Positions 13,659-27,419 of a stretch of 64,000 bases of DNA are shown piece after piece. Source of the DNA: Camelus dromedarius. Lineage: Eukaryota. The notes under the pieces are model-generated. The model was not told the origin of the DNA. It saw nothing but the letters and a program-made list of their open reading frames with translations, and did no database searches. The stretch spans positions 104,844,001-104,908,000 of the forward strand of contig NC_087437.1 in NCBI RefSeq assembly GCF_036321535.1. The letters are read 5' to 3'. Positions within the stretch are counted from its first letter, which is position 1, and every line of letters starts with the position of its first letter. Made by a program: the position numbers and the translations under genes.

Positions 13659-15146
13659 CAGGGGTACATATTTCCTCTTAAAAATCATTGAGGTTCCCCA
13701 CAATATTTTATGTAAGATGAATCTACTAGCACCATGTTTAAAATTAAAAAGTTTTTTTAGTATTTCTTTAAAGTGTACCAATGATAAATCTATTAAAATT
13801 TTTACATAACATACATTTATGAAAATTATATTTTCAAAAACAATGATCAGAGAAGCATTATTTTACATTTTTGCAAGTCTCTTTAATGTCTAGTTTAACA
13901 GAAGACAGCTGCATGTTTATAGCTCCTTCTGCATTCAGTCTGTTGTAATACGTTGTTTTGGTGGAAGCATGTGATAAAAAGGAGGCATCACACAGAGAAG
14001 TATTGGAAAAGGGAGAAGCATTTACATTTTTTTCAGGTAATTGTGAATATTAGTCTTTGATGCTACACCAAAACTTCACAATTTACAATGAAAAATCTGG
14101 AACAATATTGGTTTTTAACTCCGTTATACTAAATCTATTGGTTTCTCTTGTACTTTGCACCGTTTGCCCACACATTATTTTGTGCCATTGTTCATTTGGA
14201 AAATACGAGTTTGATAAGCTATGAAGAGCCTGAAAATGTTGGTATATTTCTTCTTAAATATCCAAAAGACTCATATTAATAGTATCACCAGTGTTACCAA
14301 AATTATCTTTAAGTGTTTGGAAGCTGTCAAACTCGTGGTGGCAAGTACAAGTTTCCTAAAATTTGAGTTTTTGTTTTGAAGTATGAATTGTATTGTTTGC
14401 AACAAATAGTGTTCAGTTTTCTTTGAAGTGACAGTGAGTATTCAATCTTGGAGAGCCTTACAAGTTGGTTTTTGACCTCTTTTCTTCTCTCTTCTCACTC
14501 TTGAAGTAGTAACACCGACTCCACTGTTTTAAGTGCAATCTACAAGCTGAACACTTTTAAATGCATATTTTCAGACAACCTCATTCATTTTGAGAAAATA
14601 CATTACAGTTACCCAGACCATAGTTTGTGTATCTGTCATTCTTCCAAATAAAAATGATTTATTCTAAACAAAGTGTCTAGTTCAGCTCACAACTCAACCA
14701 ACCATTACAAGTGCTTTCACACTATAAAAAGGAAAATCCAGCCACTTTATTCTTGGTAGAACTGCTTTATATGTGCTTTTCATTGTGTCAAACAAAATAG
14801 TAAAATGATATTACTCAGGGCTATAGACTTAATGATTTTTAATTTTTTAGCCTTTTTACTTTGATAATTTTTAAAATCCAATTTTGTTGTGTTCCATTGT
14901 GGCACTGAAAAGTGCGTTTTGTACCAGCGATGAGTGCATTTGGGTTCCCCCCAACCCCAGCTTTTTGCTGGGCCACTGGCTGTTTTACCCCCACTGCTTT
15001 AGCGCCATCACGTCAAATGTCCACACGGTGAAGAGGGCCTATAAGAGCTTAGCATTATTATGAAAATAATTCTTGCCTTGCCAACTCCCTGGAAGAATCT
15101 TGGGGAAGGAACCAGGGTCCATGGAACACACTAATGAGAAACTCTG
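13659..15146. mobile_element. hAT-Charlie DNA transposon (Charlie1-like)
   Basis: ttttacatttttgcaagtctctttaatgtc...gaagacagctg...ttctgcattcagtctgttg core and an hAT-type terminus near 15146. Confidence 0.7.
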
Positions 15147-15657
15147 GCTTACACCATTTCCTCTGCCTGAAATCCCCTTATATCTCATCTTTTCCAATTC
15201 AAATTCTTCTCATCCTTAAATTTTAAGGTCAGTTCAAATACTACTTCCACCATGAAATCTTTCTAGATCCTTCAAGTTAATAGTGATGTCATTTTTTTTT
15301 TCTTTGTATCCAAACGCATAAACATTTATACTGATTTCGGGAACAAGAAGATGAAGTGAAAAGATATGTTCTCTACCCTGATAATGTCACATTCTATTAT
15401 AGGATATTTGAGCATTTGAGCATTTGAGTTGCTACCAATTTCCTGATTTGCCATAGACAGAGAGTACTGGGGACAATTTTTGATTTCTGGTGAGGTGGAA
15501 CATGGCATCTGAACATTGCAATTGTAAAATGATATTTGTATAAAATATAAAAGTGTGTTTAATTGTTCCACCCATTGTTCTAAGAAGCCAAAAAAGAATA
15601 CTTTTTGTTTGCTTGCTTGGTTGGTGGGTTAGTTCTAAGGGCTTGGATTTCCTAGAA

Positions 15658-15660
<3 letters not shown>

Positions 15661-15728
<68 letters not shown>
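15661..15728. repeat. Compound microsatellite (TG)17(AG)17
   Basis: Seen directly. Confidence 0.97.
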
Positions 15729-15731
<3 letters not shown>

Positions 15732-16002
15732 ATTTATTTTAATGCTTCATTGAGGGGTAATGACATTCAATAAACTGATGCAGATATAATTCCTTGAAAA
15801 AGAGGCTCCCTCTTAAGAAATATATCCCAATGTTCTTTTTCTTCTCTTCTTTCTATGTATCTTATATTTTAATTCTTGCATAATATATCAGAGTAACTAC
15901 TTTTATGGTCTTTGGATAGTAAAAGATGTCATAGCACATTATCTTATCCACAGAATTAAATACTCGATATTACTTTTTTCTAAACTGCTTTCTCTTACAC
16001 AG

Positions 16003-16140
16003 GTTTAACTTAGACTTTTGGCTTTGTCCATCTTATAAAGAACGTAATCTCCGAACACTGCATTTATGACCTTCTTTGACATGAATTTCAACATAGTAGT
16101 AACTTTAACTTGGGTTAATTTATTACTCAGCAGGAAAATG
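16003..16140 (+). pseudogene. Exon remnant module 1: FNLDFWLCPSYKERNLRTLHL ... FNIVV/FNLG
   Basis: tctcttacacag acceptor; resembles TBL TIEFYWAPFL...LRLD...DVLVFNTG. The 3' boundary is uncertain (possible donors near 16044, 16114, 16140-16160). Confidence 0.55.
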
Positions 16141-16627
16141 TGTAATATAATACCTTTGTGTAAAATGGCACTTTACTGTTTAAACATATTATGCAAATGT
16201 TACACAGAAAAGCTGCATAGTTAAGAATCCAAAGAAATATCTCAGTTTTATAGTCTGACTTCTTCTTACATATTTTACCAAAGGATCATTCCTTACCCAT
16301 AACTTTGAATATTCACAAATAGAAGAGTGGATTGCACATGGCATTCAGTATCTACTTTTTGATGAAGATGAAGTGTATCTTAATATTAATTTAATTTTGT
16401 ACATCTGGACCATGTATTTTGGGTTTTTTGTTTGTTTGTTTAATTCTTTCTTATGAAACTAAATGTGGAAAGACTTTTCGGCAGTGTCTTGTTCTGATGA
16501 TTTAAGGTATTTTTTTTTAGATGAAGGTGCATTGCAGTAATAGGGCAAAGTAAATCATACAGAGACTTAACCAGCAATCTGTTTCGACTTTTGGCTGTGT
16601 TACTTATTTCAGTTTTGTCCTTTGCAG

Positions 16628-16717
16628 TTCTGCTTATGTTACTGAGATGTTGTCACAAATGTTTGCCATGGAGAATAACTTTGACATACTATTTAGAAAG
16701 CTCATCTATAAATCAAG
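16628..16717 (+). pseudogene. Exon remnant module 1: SAYVTEMLSQMFAMENNFDILFRKLIYKS(R)
   Basis: tttgcag acceptor, AG|gtaaaa donor, 90 nt, fully open, phase 2-2. Confidence 0.7.
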
Positions 16718-18384
16718 GTAAAAACCTTGGCTCTCTCAGCTCTACAGGTCTATATAGATGATCTCTCCTTGATCTCAACTCCCTAGACTTCCTCCGAGGC
16801 TTACGTGTCTATTCACAAAGGCTGGGTTCCTGTTCTCACACTAAAAGATACCACTTCCACATCTAACTGGTTACTTACAATGTAATTAAAATATATGCCT
16901 TAAGACTGTCTGTTTACTATGAAGATATTAGATAGAAAAGAATGAAATTGTTCCAAAGAAAATGAAAAAAAATACATCAATATATGCTTAACTAGTTGCC
17001 ATGGTTAGCCATTATACTTAGTTAATTGCGTTCCAGAAGCCTGAATAAAAATGGAAACATGATAGATTATGTAATTCTCATTATCTGATAAAAGGAGCTT
17101 ATACTAATTATTTAAGGGAACTCATTTTTCCTGGTACTAAAAGAGAAAGGCAATGTATCAAACTAATGGACACTTTACTATTCAACTGAGTGGTTGAGAC
17201 ACGCTATGATGGTGTTTTTGAGGGGATCTATCATATGGAAATTAAACCATGGAATTGAGGTCACATCACAGTGGGTTAGTTACTAAAAGCTTAGCCCATT
17301 TGGAGACACAAGAACAGCCCTTATGGTTCAAGAAAACTCATTTTGAAACTCATTTAATTAAAAAAAAAAGTGCTTCATATTGGGGGAAAAAATAGAACTG
17401 TAAGGCATGAATTAGCCTCCTTCAAGAGTATAATCTAAATTCCCAACAATAGGACTTTTCCATTCTTTTTTTGGACAAATTGCAACATTTAGTTCACTAG
17501 ATCTTCCATCATTTTGTTCACAGTTTAATTCAGGAAACATTCATAAACATTGACTTGGTTCACAAGACACTTTGCTGGGACCTGAAGACACGGAGTTTGT
17601 GCACTGTTCATTTTAATCAAAGTTAGGAAGCTGGTCTTGGGTTGCCCTGTGTGGTGACACTACCATGCAGTGAATCTGTCATTTTCTGCCAAACGCAGTG
17701 TCTGCTGAAAGACTCGCTGTGCAGTGTAACAGCCAAATGGGAGATTTAAAAATAAATTTCACGAATGGAAAAAGTAGTGAGTGCTTTCAATACATGTAGA
17801 CACAGTCTAAGAGAAGAAGCTGTAATGTATATTTCTTCCTTTTTCATTTTATTTCCATGTCAGAAGTATATTCATAAAATGCCAAATTGACATTCCAAAT
17901 GTGACATTTACTACAGACTTCACGTAGCTTTTCTCTTTTCTGCGTGATTCAAGTATGTATGAAATCTATCAGAATGAACATTTCTAAACCTGGAACATTG
18001 TATCATCAGCATTTCCCCAGTGCTCAGGTGCACAGCTGGATACATCCCTCATCCCTCTGCCTCGAGAATCGCTTCATCTAAACTAGTTGTTTTGGTGTCT
18101 CGGCATCAGTCATCCTTAATCCACTGAGGATAACACTGGGAAGAATGAAATAAATCGGAGACTCTAATCCCTCTTTCTTTCAAATCTCTATTTTGAGAGA
18201 AGGAAGATCATATAATTCCACATGTACTACTTGGAACATCACTGAGTAGACGTGGCTGGAAAATACATGTTTTTTGATCTGTAAATGGTACCAACTGAAC
18301 CCGTGTTCCCATGAATTTCCTGCCACAACACTGAGTGTTCTCTTTATCATGCAGCCAGTTTATTCTGATTCTCTTTCAACACAG

Positions 18385-18460
18385 GTTCCAAAAATACGGA
18401 TTTGTCATTTGGCGCTAAACAACATGAAGGTTCACCACCGTTCTGGACAGTTGGATCTCG
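18385..18460 (+). pseudogene. Exon remnant module 1: FQKYGFVIWR ... HHRSGQ/WIS
   Basis: caacacag acceptor, TCG|gtaaca donor, phase 2 to 0. Resembles PC-esterase V(F/I)WR....H..G.W; two stops or compensating frameshifts. Confidence 0.65.
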
Positions 18461-20999
18461 GTAACATTGCTGCATTGGATTGAATCTGAATTGGATGCCA
18501 ATAAATTAACTTTAAATGACTTTAAACTGTCTGATTGGCTTCTGCTCACTTAGAGGTATGCCTTTATGATATAACTGAGTGCTTCCCTTAAGATTTAAAT
18601 TGGCAGTCTGAGTACATGCGTTTGATATAGATAAGGCACTTGGTTTCTAACGCTGGGTTTTGACAACATTATACCATGATGCCTAGGTTAGCCACAGATA
18701 TTTTTTTAATTGTTTATAAACAGTATATAGCAAATAATGGTAGACAAAGACAGAATCCTCCCCTGGCTATCAAAAATAAATTTTTATATATATATATATA
18801 ACCTGATTGATCTCCAATAAGAAAAAATCTACCTAACTAGTTATCATTTCAATCTAATTATGTTGATTTCAGCTCTGCATATCCAGATGTCTAATGTGTC
18901 AGTTCATTTAATTGGCCAAATGTCTTTGGAAGTAAATTTTCTATCATCACAACCAAATCAGGAAAAATAAAAGTCTTTAGTCATTCAAATTCATGCACAC
19001 ATTGTAAAATATTTGTCAGCCATCACTATATGTCAAGCACTGTGCTTCTTATCTCCCCTGTATTCAAAAATGAATTAAATGAGTTTCCTATCACCCAGTA
19101 TTTTACAATTTAGTGGGGGAAATGGATCTGGAAGCCAATACATCAAAGAATATGCTCTACAGTAGAGGTATGTGCCAGGACAATGTTGAAGCACACGAGG
19201 AAGTACCCCTTCTTTAGAATGCATAGAGGCCTTCCTGGAGGAGGTAACATGGATTTCAAAATACATTATTTATGTATCCCTTTATTTATAATGCAAGTTA
19301 TTGTCCAGTGCAGTTCAGTATTTAATTGCACTTCTTCCCAATGTCCTATTTCTAAGGTTGAGGCTTGAGATTTGTTTTCCTCCAGATGAGAGGAGAAGGA
19401 TGGTCTGACTCAAAATATGTCATAGGTCAGCTTGGAGCCTCAAAGAAGACAGTCCTGACTTTTTCAGCAAGATGGTGGTATTGAAAGTCAAGTTTTATGG
19501 ATGGAGAAAGGGAGGGAGATTTACTTAAGTAATGTCAACAGCAAGCTCAAGAAACTAGGGAATAATACTACTACATACCCGGGATAGAGAAAGAAAGAAG
19601 AATGATTTGGGGTAGAAATAAGAAGAAACATCATCATGGGTTCTCCTCTCACAGCCGTACTTGGTGTTAAGTTTCAAGAGATGAGTCATTTGAAATGTCC
19701 AGGTAAGTGTGTGTGGAGGAAGCTGAGTCAAAGAAAAGTAGGGAGGGCACAACTGGAGTCATGCTTCGTGGGGATTCAAAGGAAAAAGCCACCAGACTTT
19801 GATGTGTATACAAGGCACACTAGAATGATAGAGCAGCAGCTATTGGAGACAGAAAGGAAGAGTGACCTGCGTTCCCTGGGGATTTCAGAAAACTTAGACA
19901 TACCTGAGTATTCCAGTGAAGGTACTCTGAGGTCTCTAAGAAGACTGGTACAATGTCAGAAGCCTGGGAACATGACAAAGGGGACATCATTACCAAGGCC
20001 TTTAAACTAGATGCAAACAGCTGAGACTGTGGACTTCCACTGTGGGAGCAAACATATCAATTCTCAAGATCATTTAGGACAAACTCTATACATGTCCACC
20101 AGCACAGGAAATGGGTCAGATCAATCACTCTTCTGAGAAGGATGGGAACCCAAGGTCACCATTATTGTCTGGAAGACCAGCTTTTCTCAAGGGTTTATGA
20201 GGACTGAAACTCTTTATACACTTGGCCACCATTGAGGAAGGAGATGGTAAATGTGATGGGTATGAAATAAAGACATGGAGTCATTTGAAAAGCCGTATTC
20301 AAACCACTCCTGATCGGGCACTGGATACTAAACAGATTGAGGACTTACCCTTCAGAAATGATTGAGAAACTCTTCAAATCCACGCTTGCATCTGGCTGCC
20401 AACTAGTGGAACAGTAGCTCTTGAAGGACATGAGATCAGTCATAAAGAGTAAAGACGTCACACTTTTCTTATTGATGAATGAATCTGTGGTACCATTTAA
20501 AATGTCTTGAATACATACAGGCCCAGTTGTGACAACTGGAAATACAACTGATGGATAAGATAAATAAATCCCTGTTTCTCAGAGATCTCATCATATTGAT
20601 GCAGGCAGGAAATGTAGACATTTAAAAACATGGTATTCAAATGAAGTATAAGACCTCTTATATTAGAAGGAGAGTGTCTTATGGGAGTGCATAGGTGGGG
20701 CACTTAACCAAATCTTTTGAGTATGGACTTAGGGTAGGAAAGACTCCCAGGAAAATTTATTTCTGAGAGGAGACGTGGAGGATGGGTCAAAACCATCAGT
20801 CAGGCTAGCCTCAGAATTTTGAGAATATACGTAGATTACTGTCTCATGTGTGGTCCCGTCAAAGGCACTGACTTTATCTAGAAACGCTCTCAGGCATCTG
20901 AGGATCCTGAGCCATCTTTCCAGACCATGCAACTTCCCTCCTTTCTCTGACCTGTGCCTGGATGAAAGCAGGTCTGACACACTGGATTGAAATGTCTAA

Positions 21000-21510
21000 T
21001 TTATTATTCTGTCACAGAGCAAGATGCCAGCTAGCTGGAGGTCTTGCGTGCAAGGACACAAGGGTCTCTCCTTGGACCTGTCCAGTTCAATGTGTTCATC
21101 AGTAATCACAAGGAAGATATAAAGGGCATGTTACTCAACTGATGACAAGCATAAGGTTAAGGGGATAGTGAATATAGTAAAAGACAGAGTTAAGATTCAA
21201 ACAGTTTTAATACCCTTGAGCTATCTTATAGCCATAAATAGTTCCTGAACTTTGGTCCCATAACATACAATTATGCAAGTATAAGTATCACAAGATAAGT
21301 CTTAGCAATATCAGACATGAGAAAAGAATAAGAACTAAAATAGAACTTAAAGATTTAATTAAGAGAAATGAAAGCCAACAGAGTGGCACTTTTCTAATTT
21401 AACAGAATCCCTTAGCCATTTTTAATAAAAAATATAATAATTCTGCAAGAAAAGAACCTAAGCCCTTTTATGCACTTTTTTTTTTCAGGTCATATTTGGA
21501 ATATTCAGTG
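21000..21510 (+). mobile_element. CR1/L3 LINE RT fragment
   Basis: tccttggacctgtccagttcaatgtgttcatcagt...gatgac...aagattcaa resembles the CR1/L3 RT region. Confidence 0.6.
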
Positions 21511-22926
21511 GGTGTGAGCTCTAGGATTCATTTATAGAATTGGAATATATCTTTCGTCAATTCGTTATTGGTGGGTGCTTAATAAGCCTTTGTATGCTGA
21601 TTCAGAACATGCACTCTTTAGGAGAACAAGTTAGTAATCTTTATTGATGTATAATAGAGAAACTCAACTAGATTGCGCTGATGGAAGAACATTTGGGCAC
21701 AAGACGAAGGTCTGTGAAATATCAGAGTTCAATGAAAGATACCTACAGTTTGGAAATAAAGTAGAACTTGAGATTAAGTAATGGAAGAACAATAGGAAGG
21801 AATTTAAGAGTTTACACACTGGACTAGCATATTTACTTTTTAAAAATTAACCTGATTATAAATGTAATATTTTCATTTCTTTCATGTACAAAGTTCTTTC
21901 TAACAGAACTGTTTCTTTAATATTAGAAAATTTATTCAGTAGAGCATTGAACAGACTTTTTTAAAAAAATTTGACCTCAGTTCCAAATTAACTAGTGTGA
22001 TTTGACTTTAATACTGTGAAGTCAAAGAACAGAGACAATCTATCAATGAAGATACTTGTGAATTATGCAGATTGTAAAAATGCAAAAAATTTCAAAGGCT
22101 CAGTTTCCTTTCTTCAAGTGTTGGTAAGTTGACAAAACTCACTTGGTGACCGGTAAATCCTAGATGACGTTCCCCCAATACCACTTGGCATGGCAGAACT
22201 TCAAATTTTAAAAGATACTACATGGGTCTCCTTTTAATGTTGAAAATGTGATTACACTTTTCTGATATAATGTTCCTAACATTATTTTAACAACATTTAT
22301 CAAACAAAATTACAAAGTCAGTAACTTTGGGAGCTACTTTGGATACAAAAATAATGAACCAGTTTCTACCCTTGAAGATCACATCTTGGTGTTCGGATAC
22401 CCTCATGACCTCAAATGATTACAACATTGCATGATAAATGCCCATTGAGAGCTATAGGGGAGGTATTGGCATACTGTCAAAGAGGACAGATTATTCTTTC
22501 AGCTTGAAAGATTTGAGGAAATTTCACAGAATGGGTGAGAGCTTCACATAGAAATATAAGAAGTGAGAGCCTCTGGAGAGACTCAGAAAGTATCTATCTA
22601 GAGTAGGATTTCAGTCCAGGATCTATAGCACACATTTAAAATTCTCATCAAAGGGACATTATATATTCTGTCCAATTCAACAGATATATATTTAATGCTG
22701 ATCAGCTCTGAGGCGCTGTTGTAGAAAGGTGAATAAACAAGTTAAAGTCAGTTATACTAACTTTTATTGCTACTTATTATCAACTAGACTTGTTCTAGTT
22801 GTTTGACATGTGTTATGCATTTACTCTCCACAAGGACAAACTTAATAATAGATGATTTTCTTTAGCCCATGGAACATATAGAGTCTACTGATGGGAGGAG
22901 ATTATGTGTGAATATAATTTCAATAA

Positions 22927-23230
22927 CGTCTTAGTTCAATAATGTCTAGTTACACTGGGTGATTTAGGCAACAAGCTTTTTTTCTCACAGGTCTGGAGAT
23001 CCAAGATCAAGACACTGGCAGACTCAGCATCTGGCGGGGACCCTGCTTCATGAACACTCTTCTTGCTGTGTCCTCACATGGCAGACGAAGTGCAAGAGAG
23101 CTCTCCTAGGTCTCCTTTATAAGGGCACTAATCTCACTCATGGGGGTTCCACCCTATGACCTAATTCCCTCCCAGAGGCTCCACCTCCTACTACCATCAA
23201 CATATAAATTTTGAAGATATAGGAACAATC
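22927..23230 (-). mobile_element. MaLR solo LTR (MLT1A-like), within L2-like sequence
   Basis: tccaagatcaag..ctggcaga, cttgctgtgtcctcacatggcaga, ttataagggcactaatc hallmarks. Confidence 0.85.
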
Positions 23231-25992
23231 ACTAACAAATACCATGTAGTCAGTGCATTGATGGGTAACAGTATACAAATGCCAAGGAGATGATTTTTGC
23301 CCAATCTCATCAGGAAAATGAGGATAGAGAGCTGTAAGAAATTGTTGACATTAGTCTTCAAAAAGGAAATGACACCCAAGCTCTCCTCCATAATGGATAA
23401 TATACTGGATAGAAGTCAAGGGGAGTACAGAAATGGACAAGGAGAGAGAATTCTGGGAAAAGCATGAGATGATCCCAGACAGAGAAGCAAAGAAACACAC
23501 TTAAAGCCACATGGCTAACACATGGTGGAACAAGGTTGTCTGAGACAAGAAGTAACTATTTTCAATTCTACAACTGGGTCATAACTAATAACACAAATGA
23601 GCTGATGTCTATGTGATCAAAATATTTCTGTTTAATCAAGGAGAAATACTAACTAGTGTGCCAACCTCTGCCTCCTCTTTGTGCATAGTCTATTGTAAAC
23701 CATCTTCTGCCTTGAGCCCAGGAGTGTACATCCTTCTCAAACTTATATGGGGACAGTCATGTAGAACTTTGCAATGGGGAGATTCTGTAGACAGACTGAG
23801 TTAATTGCTTCTTGGGTAATAGGACCTAAATCGTTCTTCTTATCATTTAATCAGGGAATCCAACAAAAGAATAGGTAAAATGCCTTGATAGATAATAATG
23901 GCATGGCTATTCTTGATTAGCTGTCATTTATCTTATTGGATTGTTCCATAAGAGAGGAAGAGCAGAGAGATTTCATGGTCCCGTTCTGTGCATGAGAAAA
24001 TGAAGTCACAAAAAGCAGACTTCAGTTGCTTGAGAATGCTGGCACGTGGGCTCTTAATCCACAACTCTAAACAACAGACCCAGACTTCTTCTTCCTTTCC
24101 CCTATATTGATTTTGGGTTGAGTATGCAAGACCGCTTTATAAGATATTTATAGTCTATCCAATTTTATCATTTCTATTACAAAAATAGCTATTTGAAATG
24201 GGACCCTGGTTATTTTGGCTACTTACAATGGATTGTTTTTGTCATGAATTAAATGAGAGATTCTTTGGTAATGTATTTCTCCAAAAGTAACAAATCAATG
24301 AGTTAAGATATAAATAAAAGTCAGTGTGAAAGAAGACATCACTGCAACCGTTAAGAATAATGGGTTTATACAACCAAAGAATAGAGGCTACTTTTTTTGA
24401 CTCTTTGAGGCAACACAATTTATACTGAGAAACATTTTTCTTGGTTTCTCTTATTTAATAAACCACCCCTCAAGTGTAATTATTAACTTTTTACTACTGA
24501 GAAATCACAAAGAAGGAAAAACTTTACCTGGGAGCTGAAATTCAGTGTGTAGAAAAGTTTCTTAGAAGATTTTAGACTCAAATTGCCCTGAAGGAGAAGG
24601 AATCTAGCCCAGTGATCTCTGATGCATTTCTTTCAGACCTTCTCATGCCTTTCTTAAAAAAAAGTCACACGACTAGGGAAAGACAAGGTAAAGAATGCCT
24701 TTAAACTCTGCAGGGCATTCTTCACTCTCCATCTCCCTTTATTGAATCTGCAGAGAATTTCATCAACTGTGCATTCATATTTTCAACAGACATTCTTAAG
24801 CTTCTACAGTGTACGAACACTTTCCTAGGTATTGGAGATACAAAGACGAATACAATGGTCCTTGTCTTTAGATATTTCACATATTTCTATTCAGGGAAAT
24901 AAACTGCTATCATATAAACTCCATAGCACAAGTGTATACAATCCATAGCACAAGCAAGGATTGAAGATAGGAGATCAGAGAAGGACAATTAACTCCATCA
25001 GAAGAAAGATCAAGGACTACTTGCTAGAGAATCTGACGTGACCCGAATCTGGAAGTGTAGGTGTTCTCCAGCAGGAACTGGTGAAGGAAGTTCCTGCTAA
25101 TAGCGCAGAAAGTCCAAAAATCACAGATGCAGATGAGATGGCTAACCACTATTTCTCGGGGTAGGTCCTGTGGACTCACAAAATTCATCTCAGTCAAATC
25201 AAGACTGAGTGTAGAGACCAGAATGTGGCTGATGCTACAAGGGGAGGGCAAGTATCAGAGGTGCAAAGAAAGGAAGGATGCACCTACTGGAATTCCTTTT
25301 ACACTAGAAAAATTTCAGACGGAAAATGAAGCTGTCACTATTACAATCACTGTTGTTGTTGTTTTTTAATTTTTGTAGTTGATTTTTACATAATTTTATT
25401 ACTCCAGAACAGACATTCAAAGTGGCAGGAATTACTGAGCAAAAAGTGATCTATATATTCTTTTAAATAAAAAGGTTAAAATTTCTCTAATGCAAGAGAA
25501 GAGGAAATAATGGTGGAATTTATCCTCATATAAAGGAACAATACTGCTCATACCAATATGTCATTTTTTGACTACCAGGGTTGTTTCTGCCTTTTCCTTT
25601 TTATTTATGTAAAAAGAAAGACAGAGACTACAGTAGTGGGGTAGGAAAACCTTGTTAAACTTTTTCAGCAATCCCTGTTATAATGTTCAAAGCAATTACT
25701 TTTGCTGTCAGCAGGAATAAAACTTACTACCGTCGGAGAGTGCAAAGAGTCAAATGTACTGCTGAGAATTACAACAGAAGCTGCATGCAAATAACCCCAC
25801 GAGTTCTAAGGGCTTGTCTCCCCCTATTTGTACAGCTGAGGCTTCAGTCATAAGTTGCTTAGGCTTTTTTTTTTTTTTTTTTAATTCACTAGAAGCTGGA
25901 GTAGAATTTTCCCATCAATTTCAGTGAAAAACAAAGTCTGCTAATGTCTACCATCTTGAGGGGAAAAATTATCGGTGTGCTTTTATGAAAAG

Positions 25993-26350
25993 AAAGATTT
26001 CTTTCTAAACAAACCATGTAGTAAGGACATTGTGCTATCAAAAGTAATAGAAATTACACAAACAATAATCTTTTGTTTAGACAAATAATTGGACTTGACC
26101 TTCATAGGCCAGCTGGAGTACACTCTACGAATGAAAGTCATGCCAGTCTTTCCGTGAAAATTGTTAACATTATGCACAGCTCATTTCTGGAGGAGGATGT
26201 TGTATGATCCTGAAATAATGGACTTGGCTCCCTGATACGACTCTCTCTGCAGCTGTAACCCCTTAGCCCCCAGCCCCAAAGTCTTATCCACGTCAAAGCT
26301 CAGCCATCCTTTTAAAGTCAATAGTGGTGATAATGATGCATTCATACAGC
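25993..26350 (+). pseudogene. Exon remnant, end of module 1: KDFFLNKPC...VKIVNIMHSSFLEED...YDSLCSCNP
   Basis: Phase-0 start after AG at 25991-92. KPC parallels KKPC in module 2; VKIVNIMHSSFL (from 26154) resembles TBL VxLLNITxLS; DSLCSCNP (26239-26262) sits at the DCxHWCLP position. Both boundaries uncertain. Confidence 0.5.
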
Positions 26351-26470
26351 TTAAGGAGTCAAATAACCCTTTAATAGTTATTAAACAATAGTGATCTTTC
26401 AGAAGGAAAGATCCTTTCTTCCCCAGATATAATTCTTCTACTAATTTCTTCTCAAATTTTTGTCAGTCTC

Positions 26471-26491
26471 ACATACATATATATGTATGTG

Positions 26492-26528
<37 letters not shown>
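26471..26528. repeat. (TG)n(TA)n microsatellite
   Basis: Seen directly. Confidence 0.9.
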
Positions 26529-26803
26529 CTCGTGTTTGGTGCAGAAAACAGAATCAATATATATATTCCATATGAATGATTTGATACAAGGAATCAGAGG
26601 CTTACATAATTATTAGCCTGGAGATCAACAGTTTGGAAAGTGGACCCAAAATACTTTGTTCCACAACAGGGAAGTAAGTCGTTTTCAAGGGCTCTTTGTA
26701 AGGCCGCCGGGAATCTCAAGTACCTCTGGAAAGCTGTCATCAGATTGAAACAGCATGTAAAACACTGACCAGCTTAAACTAGTTTTGCTCCTTTAAAATA
26801 GAC

Positions 26804-27219
26804 TGCTGATGAATCAGACTTGGAGTTATTTTACAGAGACAGCCCTGCTCATGTGCAGGACAGGGACCCATGTCTCCAGGATGACCCCGGAACCAAGAAT
26901 CTTCAATCTACGGAACTCGAAGAATAGAAATGTTGCCACGGAGCCCTTGACAAAGCCAAAAGTCCTTCAAGAAGGAAAATGTAGCTTTCTAGCAGCATGA
27001 GTAGCTTGATTACTTTATACCAACTGGTTTGAGACTAGCCAGTCAGCTTCCAAGTTTGAAGTTCCCCTAATCCCTTAAATTTCACCCTGAACTCCGGATC
27101 ACGGAGACATACTGGATTTTGCCTCCTGTCTCCTTGCCTGTCGACCTTGCAATAAAGCTCTTTCTTCTCTCAAAAGCTGGTCCCACAAGCTGTTGGACGC
27201 AAGCCATTGCTCGGTCACG
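26804..27219 (+). mobile_element. ERV1-like solo LTR, apparently nested in an older LTR (about 26530-27300)
   Basis: TG start, retained CpGs, AATAAA at 27151, ends gctcggtcac(g). Confidence 0.6.
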
Positions 27220-27419
27220 TGACTACTCCGGTCTGCAGAAGGAGGACTGGTAATTCACTAGCACCTCACTTGAAAGTTGGTAGACTTCAATTGTGTCCTG
27301 ATATTAAAGCCTCTACTGTATCTTAATTGGGTAAGAAGATTCTATAAAGTGTATTTCTAGGCTTCTGTGCAAAACAGACCTTAGAATAAACTTGCAAATA
27401 TGTACAAGTAATGTGCTTA

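Noticed and set aside
16521..16549. 29-nt exon-like segment (MKVHCSNRA)
   Set aside because: In phase with the 16628 exon but too short to support, and the upstream boundary is unresolved.
24528..24587. Minus-strand 60-nt exon-like segment (GNLSLKSSKKLFYTLNFSSQ)
   Set aside because: Isolated; no partner minus-strand exons or homology recognised.
24637..24687. 51-nt AG/GT-bounded open segment (LLMPFLKKSHTTRERQ)
   Set aside because: Phase 1-1 does not fit the phase-0 join of 18460 to 25993 and it has no motif; not fully excluded as an exon.
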